Assembly: GCA_963668315.1 (NCBI GenBank)
Contig: OY764216.1
Span: 5,560,498 to 5,624,497, forward strand
Direction: 5' to 3'
From: Spirochaetia bacterium
GTDB lineage: Bacteria; Spirochaetota; Spirochaetia; DSM-2461
Length of the DNA stretch: 64,000 bases
Part shown: positions 51,400 through 64,000 of the stretch, piece by piece
Layout: every line of letters starts with the position of its first letter
Position numbering within the stretch: the stretch's first letter is position 1
Made by a program: the position numbers and the translations under genes
The notes under the pieces: model-generated
What the model saw: the letters and a program-made list of their open reading frames with translations, nothing else
Databases searched by the model: none
Told to the model about the DNA's origin: nothing

Positions 51400-52137
51400 A
51401 TGCCTTCATCTGACGCTACTTCCGAACACGCCGGCCATTTCCATAAGGACTTGGCGCACCACTTCGACACGCCCCGGCAGCAATTCAACGCGGGGAAGAT
51501 CGGCATGTGGATCTTCCTGGTAACCGAAATCCTGTTGTTCAGCGGGCTGTTCTGCGCCTACGTGGTGTATCGGGGCAATCATCCGGAAATCTTCGTCTAC
51601 GCCCACCAGTATCTCGACAAGAACCTGGGGGCCTTGAACACGGTCGTGCTTATCTTCAGCAGCCTGACCATGGCCTGGGCGGTCCGCGCCGCCCAACTCG
51701 AACAGCAGCGGGCCCTGGTTGTACTGCTCTCGATCACCTTGCTCTGCGGGTTCGTCTTTCTGGGGGTGAAGTCGATTGAGTATCAGCACAAATGGCACGA
51801 AGGCCTGCTCTGGGCCAGTCGCTACAATCCCCAGCCTCACGATCAGCAGGGACACGACACGTCTCCAGATGGCCGCGTCGGAGAGGAAATCGAAGGAGAC
51901 CACGACGAAGCGCCGAAGAACGTGGGCCTGTTTTTCAGCATCTACTTCATGATGACGGGGCTGCACGGCATCCACGTGATCGCGGGAATGATCGCCATCG
52001 GATGGGTGTTGAACCGCGCCCGAAAGGGCCATTTCCATCGCCACTACTTCGGCCCGGTTGACTACGTGGGGCTCTACTGGCACCTGGTCGATCTCATTTG
52101 GATTTACTTGTTTCCCCTGTTGTACCTGATCCATTGA
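51400..52137 (+). CDS. coxC: Cytochrome c oxidase subunit III
   Basis: GMWIFLVTEILLFSGLF, NTVVLIFSS, MTGLHGIHV, GLYWHLVDLIWIYLFPLLYL. Confidence 0.94.
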   Translation: MPSSDATSEHAGHFHKDLAHHFDTPRQQFNAGKIGMWIFLVTEILLFSGLFCAYVVYRGNHPEIFVYAHQYLDKNLGALNTVVLIFSSLTMAWAVRAAQLEQQRALVVLLSITLLCGFVFLGVKSIEYQHKWHEGLLWASRYNPQPHDQQGHDTSPDGRVGEEIEGDHDEAPKNVGLFFSIYFMMTGLHGIHVIAGMIAIGWVLNRARKGHFHRHYFGPVDYVGLYWHLVDLIWIYLFPLLYLIH

Positions 52138-52147
52138 GGGACGCACG

Positions 52148-52513
52148 ATGGCCGAACCCGACCCCGCGTCTACCCACGACGAACACGAAATCGCTCATAT
52201 CATGCCCCTGCCTGTGCTCCTGGGTGTGTTCGTGGCGTTGATGGTCCTTACGTTCCTCACCGTGGCCGCCACGTGGGTCAACCTGGGCTGGTTCAACCTG
52301 CCCATTGCCATGGGCATTGCGACGGTGAAGGCCACGCTCGTGGCCCTCTACTTCATGCACCTTCGCTACGACCAGCCGATCAACGGCCTGGCATTTCTGA
52401 CCGCCCTGGTCTTCGTGGCCGTGTTCATCCTGATCACGTTGCTGGACTCGTTTGAGTACCAGCCGGACGTGCAACTTTATCAGGATCAGAATCCAATCAG
52501 CGTGCCCGAGTGA
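52148..52513 (+). CDS. coxD: Cytochrome c oxidase subunit IV (caa3 type)
   Basis: ALMVLTFLTV, IATVKATLVALYFMHLRYD. Confidence 0.9.
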   Translation: MAEPDPASTHDEHEIAHIMPLPVLLGVFVALMVLTFLTVAATWVNLGWFNLPIAMGIATVKATLVALYFMHLRYDQPINGLAFLTALVFVAVFILITLLDSFEYQPDVQLYQDQNPISVPE

Positions 52514-52523
52514 ACGGGGGCTT

Positions 52524-52875
52524 CAGCCCGGCTGCTACCGTTGGCTTCGGAGGAAATGTTGCGGCGACAGCAACCGGGTGATCCGCAGCCGGGCTTCTGA
52601 GGTCGGCGGCAATTGAGAAGAAGAGCCGGGCTACCTCCGCTACCTCCACGAATAAGCTGCCCGAGTATGAGGTGGTTCATTCAAGAGCCCGGCTATTCCA
52701 CAGCAGCCCGGCTGCTACCGTTGGCTTCGGAGGAAATGTTGCGGCGACAGCAACCGGGTGATCCGCAGCCGGGCTTTTAAGGTCGGCGGCAATTGAGAAG
52801 AAGAGCCGGGCTACCTCCGCTACCTCCACGAATAAGCTGCCCGAGTATGAGATGGTTCATTCAAGAGCCCGGCTA
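52524..52875. repeat. Tandem 180-bp REP-cluster repeat (agcccggct family), 2 units
   Basis: Units at 52524 and 52704 are nearly identical; same REP motifs as 17640-18005 but different spacers; between convergent genes. Confidence 0.88.
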
Positions 52876-52882
52876 TTGCGGT

Positions 52883-53377
52883 TCAGCACCCCAGCGTCTT
52901 GGCCGTGTTGAGCCAATGAAGCTCGCCTTTCCCTGGCGCCACCCTATCTTGAAATTCAATTGCGGCGACGGCGCCCTTCGCGAAACGCATCCAGTCCTCG
53001 TCATTCCCAATCAACGCGGCGGCAAAATAGCCCACGTCGGGGGCATGCCCCACCACGGCAATCTGGTCAAACTCGGCAAACTGAGAGTTGATCCACCGCA
53101 GGAGATCGTCTGGATCGCCCCCAGGGGCCAGTTCGTCGAGAGCGGTAACGTCGGGGCGGGAAGGCAAGAGTTGCGCGATGAGGTCGGCCGTTTCGCGGCA
53201 GCGCGTGTAGGGGCTGGTCGCAATAGCTTGAGGAGAGAATCCTCGCTCGGCCAGAAGCGGGACGACCTTGGAAAAGCGGGCTTTTCCCTTCTCCGTCAGG
53301 GGGCGCAGGGTGTCATCGGGCCATTGCGGATCACCAAAGTAGCTGGCCCAGGCGTGGCGCACGACATAGAGCATCAT
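52883..53377 (-). CDS. sixA: Phosphohistidine phosphatase SixA family
   Basis: LYVVRHA, RPLTEKG, TSPYTRCRETA, VVGHAPD. Confidence 0.88.
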   Translation of the reverse strand: MMLYVVRHAWASYFGDPQWPDDTLRPLTEKGKARFSKVVPLLAERGFSPQAIATSPYTRCRETADLIAQLLPSRPDVTALDELAPGGDPDDLLRWINSQFAEFDQIAVVGHAPDVGYFAAALIGNDEDWMRFAKGAVAAIEFQDRVAPGKGELHWLNTAKTLGC

Positions 53378-53494
53378 ATCCGGTCCCCCATGTTGGAGTA
53401 GTTGGTCGAATGATAAGCGATCAGGTCGGATTAGAAAAGCGGGGTCGGCAAATGAGTGTTCCGCCCCGTAGAATGGGGGAAGGAGTCATTTGGC

Positions 53495-54073
53495 ATGGCA
53501 ACTTCGCTTCCGAACGAAGAAACAAGACCCTGGCAGCGCTTCACGGTGCTCGACGCGCTGCTCTTGCAGGCAGGGTACGCGCTGGCCTTCTCCGTGATCC
53601 TGTCCCCTTACCGTCGCCTGGCTTTCCACTCGTTCGACGAGGGAACGTTGGTGGTCCTTGCCGCCACGCTGATGTTGGGCAACGTCTTCTCCGGCCCGAT
53701 CGTCTTGGGATCGCATTGGCTGGTTCGAGGGCGTCGATCCTTTCCAAGTGCCGGCGAATGGCTCTGGCTCAGCCCGGTTGTGCTCTGCGGAGTCGCCCTG
53801 TTCGGGATTTGGGCCCTTCATTGGATTGCGCAGCTCTTTCCCAGCCCGAAGGAGATCAGGGCGCTCTTCTACATCCTCTGGGGAATCACGCTTGCTCTCG
53901 CCGAGATTGGCTGCTTGCTGAACGCAATGATGATTCTGGCAGCCCGATCGTTTGGAGATCTCGATCATCCGCCATGTGGATGGACGGATCGTTTCGGAGC
54001 TTGGACGTGCCTCCTGACGGGGGTCGTCCTGCTCCTGTGCCTTCTGGCGGTCCTCGGCAGACCCGGCTATTGA
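53495..54073 (+). CDS. Hypothetical integral membrane protein
   Basis: About five hydrophobic helices; AGGAG RBS. Confidence 0.7.
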   Translation: MATSLPNEETRPWQRFTVLDALLLQAGYALAFSVILSPYRRLAFHSFDEGTLVVLAATLMLGNVFSGPIVLGSHWLVRGRRSFPSAGEWLWLSPVVLCGVALFGIWALHWIAQLFPSPKEIRALFYILWGITLALAEIGCLLNAMMILAARSFGDLDHPPCGWTDRFGAWTCLLTGVVLLLCLLAVLGRPGY

Positions 54074-54242
54074 CCTGCAGAGCAGTGGACAACGGGGGGC
54101 CTTTCGGTGACAATCGTGCCGGTTCTCGGGGCCGATAATTTCTCCGAAATTCTTCCCACGGAGCCCAAGATCGGGCCGCCGGTGACGAATACTCGATATG
54201 GCCTCCTTGTGTTCGGCCTGTCATGTCCTTGGAGATGGGAAT

Positions 54243-55268
54243 GTGGACGCCGCGATTCAAACGGACCGGCTGACGAAGGTCTTCGGCAATCGCCTGATTG
54301 CCGTGAACGACATGAACCTGCTGGTGCCCCAAGGGGCGATCTTCGGACTGCTGGGCCCCAACGGGGCCGGAAAGACGACGACCTTGCGGCTCCTGCTCGG
54401 TTTGCAGCGCCCCACGGCCGGTCGGGCCAGCGTTTTCGGACGGGACTGTGGCCCAAACGCCGTGGAGGTGCGGCGCTCGATCGGCTATTTGCCGACCAAT
54501 CCCCAGTTACCGGGCCATTTGCGCCCGGTGGACTATCTGGATCTGGTCGGCCAACTCTGCGGGCTGCCCCGCGAAACTCGCAAGCCGCGGATCGCGTCCC
54601 TGATCCGCGCCGTCGGCCTGCTCGGCGCGACGGGGCAGAAGATCAAGGATTTCTCGACAGGGATGGCAACCCGGCTCGGAATCGCCGCGTCGCTCGTCGG
54701 CGACCCGCCCTTGCTGATCTGGGATGAACCGACGGCAGGACTCGATCCGGCCGCGAGGCGTTTTTCCCTGGACTTGATTCGCGAACTCGGCAAGACCCGG
54801 ACGGTGGTCGTGGCCACGCACATTCTCGGCGATATCGACGAAATCTGCGATCACGTGGGGGTCATGCATGAAGGCCGGATGATCTTCTCGGGCCCCATGC
54901 GCGACATGAAACGCCGCCTTCGACGCGAAGAATTCACGCTCGAGGTCGAAGCCGACACCGCGCCGCTCCAACAGCTCACGGGACGAATCACGGAAATCGA
55001 ATCGGTGGCGGCAGCTCGCGTGACCGGGCAGACGATTTGCGTGCAGCTCGCTCCGGGAAGAGATCGAGCGGCGGCGCTTTCCGATGTTCTCGCAAAGGTC
55101 TCTGAGGCGAACCTGCCGCTTCTTGCGATCCACTCAGGCCGAAATGAAACGGAGAACGCCTACCTCCAATTGCTCGAAGAGGATGAATCGCACGGCTTTC
55201 AACGCTTCGATCTCGGCGAAAGTCCTCAGGCTCCCGCACCGTCCCCAAGCAACGGCCTTGAAGAGTGA
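54243..55268 (+). CDS. ABC transporter ATP-binding protein (ABC-2 type)
   Basis: Walker A GPNGAGKTT; signature FSTGM; Walker B LLIWDEPTAGLD; H-loop ATH. Confidence 0.93.
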   Translation: MDAAIQTDRLTKVFGNRLIAVNDMNLLVPQGAIFGLLGPNGAGKTTTLRLLLGLQRPTAGRASVFGRDCGPNAVEVRRSIGYLPTNPQLPGHLRPVDYLDLVGQLCGLPRETRKPRIASLIRAVGLLGATGQKIKDFSTGMATRLGIAASLVGDPPLLIWDEPTAGLDPAARRFSLDLIRELGKTRTVVVATHILGDIDEICDHVGVMHEGRMIFSGPMRDMKRRLRREEFTLEVEADTAPLQQLTGRITEIESVAAARVTGQTICVQLAPGRDRAAALSDVLAKVSEANLPLLAIHSGRNETENAYLQLLEEDESHGFQRFDLGESPQAPAPSPSNGLEE

Positions 55269-55276
55269 GAACGGGC

Positions 55277-56167
55277 ATGGATATCAGAACACGAATCATG
55301 CCGGGATGGGCGATCTTCCGCCACGATCTTGGTTCGCTCGCATCGAGCTGGCTCGTTCGCCTATGGCTGATCCTCAGCGGGCTGACTACTTTGCTCCTGC
55401 TGGCCACACAATGGAGGATCTTGGACGACGCGAACCTGATCTCCGTCCTCCTGTTCCCGTATCTGATCGCACCATGGTTCTTTGTTGTTTTCATGCTGGG
55501 AGTCGGCCCGGTGGCCGGCGCTCGCGCAGAATCGCTCTCCGACGGCATCTTGAGCCGCCCCGTGACACGATACGACTACCTGATGGCTTCGTGGGCGGCT
55601 CGGCTCGCAATGGTCCTGGGCTCATTCCTGCTCGTGATCCTGCCGGCCATCCTGCTGATCACGTTGGCCGACCGCCCAACCCCCGCCAATCCGGTCACGG
55701 CCTACGGGATCCTGACGGCCTTGTTGGTGGCTTGTCTTGTCCTGGCCCTGGAGGTTTCCCTGGCATTCTTCCTGGGCACGGTGTTGCGCCGACAAATGGT
55801 GGCCGTGGCCTTGCTGGCCATCGGCTGGTTCATCTCGGCAACCGTGTTGGCAACGTTCAAGTTGGAGGAATTCTCGCCGATCAGCTTGAACCACGCGATG
55901 CCCGTGTTGATGACCCGGCATTGGGATGAAACGGCCGCCCAAACTGATGATTTCGTAGACTACTTGGCAAACATGGGCGGATTGTTGTCCGGCAGGTCGG
56001 ACAACTGGTTTGCGACAGATTCTTCGCAGCCTGACGAGCAACGCAAACTGTTCCGTTCGGAAGACTACGCCGATGTCTCGTTGTGGAAGGTAACGTTGGG
56101 CTATGCCGTTCCCACCCTTCTATCGATTGGCCTGGCAACCCTGGTTTTCTGTCGCCGGGATCTGTAG
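55277..56167 (+). CDS. ABC-2 type transporter permease
   Basis: Multiple TM helices; ILSRPVTRYDY; C-terminal FCRRDL. Confidence 0.88.
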   Translation: MDIRTRIMPGWAIFRHDLGSLASSWLVRLWLILSGLTTLLLLATQWRILDDANLISVLLFPYLIAPWFFVVFMLGVGPVAGARAESLSDGILSRPVTRYDYLMASWAARLAMVLGSFLLVILPAILLITLADRPTPANPVTAYGILTALLVACLVLALEVSLAFFLGTVLRRQMVAVALLAIGWFISATVLATFKLEEFSPISLNHAMPVLMTRHWDETAAQTDDFVDYLANMGGLLSGRSDNWFATDSSQPDEQRKLFRSEDYADVSLWKVTLGYAVPTLLSIGLATLVFCRRDL

Positions 56168-61405
<5,238 letters not shown>

Positions 61406-61446
61406 GGAAAAATCAACCTGATCTGCTGTAAGTGCGGGCCTTGTCG

Positions 61447-64000
61447 CTACCGCGGTTTGCCGGGTCCTGCATGGCGAGCACTCGGAGCCCACGACTCCCA
61501 TTGAGCGAAACGTTCCCTCCTTCGCTCGGCATCCTCTTCACGATTCGCTCGAAGCCGATAGACAAGCCACGCGGCCCCCAGGGCCGGCGAACCTGCCGTC
61601 GTCAACGTGGGGACTGTTTCTCGGGAATCCTCCGGCTGTCCTTCGTCCGACCCTTGATCACCGGGCGCTGCGTATCGGGATTCCCATCGCTGCCACGCGG
61701 AGTCCGGCACGGCCTCCACGCCTTCGTCTGCCTGGGGAGCCTCGTCTTGACGGGGAACGCTCTGCGCTTCCGGAGGCCGCTCCTCCATCCCTTCCGAGGC
61801 ATCCGTTTGATCGACGACCCGATGCTGCCGAACGAACACGTCGCGAACCAGGCGTTCCGGTCCGTCGGCCTGGATCTCATAAACGCGGTAGCGATTATCC
61901 GGCAATCGAGCGAGAATCTTGGGCAAGGTGTCCAAGGCATTCTCGGGCATCCGGTAATCGGCACTCTCCCTCCCGTCGGGCAGAACCGTACGCAAGACAA
62001 GATAGTTCTCGGCCGCTGCACTCGAATCGGGCCGTGCCGACTCGAATTCGGCCGAACCCAGGAAGAAATCGGAAGAACCCGCCCCCGCGCCGCCCGCATC
62101 GAGTTGTACCGGGCGTGGAAAGACCAGCCGAGGGACCATCGGCGTCGTGTCGATGTAAACAAATTCGACGCCCTCTCCCGGCACCTCCGCATAGGTAATC
62201 GCCGAATCCGAGCCGTCGTCGTCGTCGATGACCGTGACCACGATCGGAATGTCGGCCGCCGGATTCAGCGGATCCGGCGGGGCATAGTACGTGTGCGTCG
62301 CCGTGAAATACAGCGGCGTGGCGCCGCCCAGCAAAATCGTGTCGCTCGTCCCATCGCCCCAGTCGATCACGACCGTGAACGATTCCACGCTCCCGTCGGG
62401 AGGCGACAAGGGGTTCAAGGGATTGTCGTATCCGGGATCCGAAAAATCTCCCTCGACAGTGACCTGGCCCAGGGAGTTCACGTCGTTGTCGTCGAACGTG
62501 AGGATGGTGGGGTCGACATTCAACACGGTGACTTGCATCGTGTCCGAGGTGGTCCCCCCGTCGTCGTCGATCACCGTGAGAGTCACCGTGTAAATGCCGT
62601 TGTCGGCGTACACGTGGCTGCCGTCAAACGAACCGCTCGTGGCCGTTCCCACCGAGCCGGGGACATCGATCGTGGCCGCCCCCGTGTCGATAGCCGTCCC
62701 GTCTCCCCAGTTAATTTCGTAAGTGAATGTCTCGCACGTGGCGCCGCCGGAACAGTGCGGGTTGTCGAAGCCGGGATCGGTAAACGTGGCGATGTCGACA
62801 ACGGAAAGGAGGGCCCCCTCGTCCACTGTCTGATCGTCCCCAGCCGTGACCGTCGGCTCGACGTTGCCGACGATGATCTCGAAGGTGTAGGTCACCGCTG
62901 GGCTGTCGTCGTCGCCGAACGTGATGGAAACCGTGGCGACCCCATTGTCGGCGTAGGTGTGGAAAAGCTCCTGGAACTCGGCGACCGTCGCCACACCCGC
63001 CGACCCCGACACTCGATTGATGATTGCCCCCGTCTCGGTTGCGCTGCCGTCGCCCCAATCGATCGTGTAAGAGGTGAAGGTCTCGGTCGTTCCAGCGACA
63101 GGGTTGTCGAAACCTGGATCCGCAATCGTCCAACCAAAGTCGGCGAGCGAAAAGGCCGCCCCCTCGTCAACCCACTCGCTCCCCGTTACCCCAACGACGC
63201 TTGGCATGACGTTATTGACGGTCACCTCAAACGTCTTCACATCGCTGCCGCCGTCATCGTCGTAGACGGTCACCTCGACCGTGTAGACCCCGTTGTCCGC
63301 ATAAACATGGCTCCCGTCGAAGGAACCCGTCGTCTCCTGTCCCGGATACCCTGCCACATCGATCGTCGCCGACCCGCCGTCCGTGGCGGTTCCGTCGCCC
63401 CAGTTGATCGTGTAGGTAAACGTCTCGGTCGGCCCGAACCCGGGATCGGTGAACGTCCCCAGATCCGTCAGACTGAGCGTGGCGCCTTCATCCACCGTCT
63501 GATTTCCAACTACGGCCAGCGTCGGATCCACGTTATTGACGGTCACCTCAAACGTCTTCACATCGCTGCCGCCGTCATCGTCGTAGACGGTCACCTCGAC
63601 CGTGTAGACCCCGTTGTCCGCATAAACATGGCTCCCGTCGAAGGAACCCGTCGTCTCCTGTCCCGGATACCCTGCCACATCGATCGTCGCCGACCCGCCG
63701 TCCGTGGCGGTTCCGTCGCCCCAGTTGATCGTGTAGGTAAACGTCTCGGTCGGCCCGAACCCGGGATCGGTGAACGTCCCCAGATCCGTCAGACTGAGCG
63801 TGGCGCCTTCATCCACCGTCTGATTTCCAACTACGGCCAGCGTCGGATCCACGTTGTTGACGGTCACCTCGAACGTCTTCACATTGCTGCCGCCGTCATC
63901 GTCGTAGACGGTCACCTCGACCGTGTAGACCCCGTTGTCCGCATAAACATGGCTCCCGTCGAAGGAACCCGTCGTCTCCTGTCCCGGATACCCTGCCACA
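61447..64000 (-). CDS. C-terminal part of a large PKD-repeat surface protein (5' end outside window)
   Basis: Repeated TYTINWGDG...HVYADNGVYTVEVTVYDDDGG PKD units; ORF open to the window edge. Confidence 0.9.
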   Translation of the reverse strand, partial: VAGYPGQETTGSFDGSHVYADNGVYTVEVTVYDDDGGSNVKTFEVTVNNVDPTLAVVGNQTVDEGATLSLTDLGTFTDPGFGPTETFTYTINWGDGTATDGGSATIDVAGYPGQETTGSFDGSHVYADNGVYTVEVTVYDDDGGSDVKTFEVTVNNVDPTLAVVGNQTVDEGATLSLTDLGTFTDPGFGPTETFTYTINWGDGTATDGGSATIDVAGYPGQETTGSFDGSHVYADNGVYTVEVTVYDDDGGSDVKTFEVTVNNVMPSVVGVTGSEWVDEGAAFSLADFGWTIADPGFDNPVAGTTETFTSYTIDWGDGSATETGAIINRVSGSAGVATVAEFQELFHTYADNGVATVSITFGDDDSPAVTYTFEIIVGNVEPTVTAGDDQTVDEGALLSVVDIATFTDPGFDNPHCSGGATCETFTYEINWGDGTAIDTGAATIDVPGSVGTATSGSFDGSHVYADNGIYTVTLTVIDDDGGTTSDTMQVTVLNVDPTILTFDDNDVNSLGQVTVEGDFSDPGYDNPLNPLSPPDGSVESFTVVIDWGDGTSDTILLGGATPLYFTATHTYYAPPDPLNPAADIPIVVTVIDDDDGSDSAITYAEVPGEGVEFVYIDTTPMVPRLVFPRPVQLDAGGAGAGSSDFFLGSAEFESARPDSSAAAENYLVLRTVLPDGRESADYRMPENALDTLPKILARLPDNRYRVYEIQADGPERLVRDVFVRQHRVVDQTDASEGMEERPPEAQSVPRQDEAPQADEGVEAVPDSAWQRWESRYAAPGDQGSDEGQPEDSRETVPTLTTAGSPALGAAWLVYRLRANREEDAERRRERFAQWESWAPSARHAGPGKPR
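63211..64000 (-). repeat. Near-identical 321-nt (107-aa) tandem PKD repeats
   Basis: Units start at 63211, 63532 and 63853 (partial) with only a few substitutions. Confidence 0.9.

Overview
GC-rich bacterial window, very likely from a planctomycete (Pirellulales-like). This is inferred from the DUF1559, TIGR03067, HzsA-like/FGE and Ser/Thr-kinase-WD40 proteins and the REP families. Main contents: an ECF sigma factor with a 2164-aa FecR-VIT-VWA-STN-TPR anti-sigma-like protein; a ~3 kb accessory patch (9.5-12.7 kb) of small or broken genes delimited by three copies of a ~180-bp element that looks like an internally deleted RAYT/Y1-transposase locus; an HzsA-like/FGE protein; a ThuA protein; a TetR-regulated RND efflux system; a sulfatase; folE-queD; a CsrA-receiver fusion divergent from a complete alternative complex III plus caa3 (A2-type) oxidase operon; SixA; ABC transporters; and a Ser/Thr kinase-WD40 gene downstream of a large PKD-repeat protein cut by the window end. 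The most notable observation is a probable unannotated secreted selenoprotein (31207-32940): an in-frame UGA in FEYG-U-GFTC, followed directly by a SECIS-like hairpin, 56 more sense codons and then the terminator. Many intergenic REP/MITE families are present. Two single-base frameshifts in C-runs (actC and a DUF1559 gene) may be assembly errors. All family assignments come from motif recognition by eye, not from database searches.
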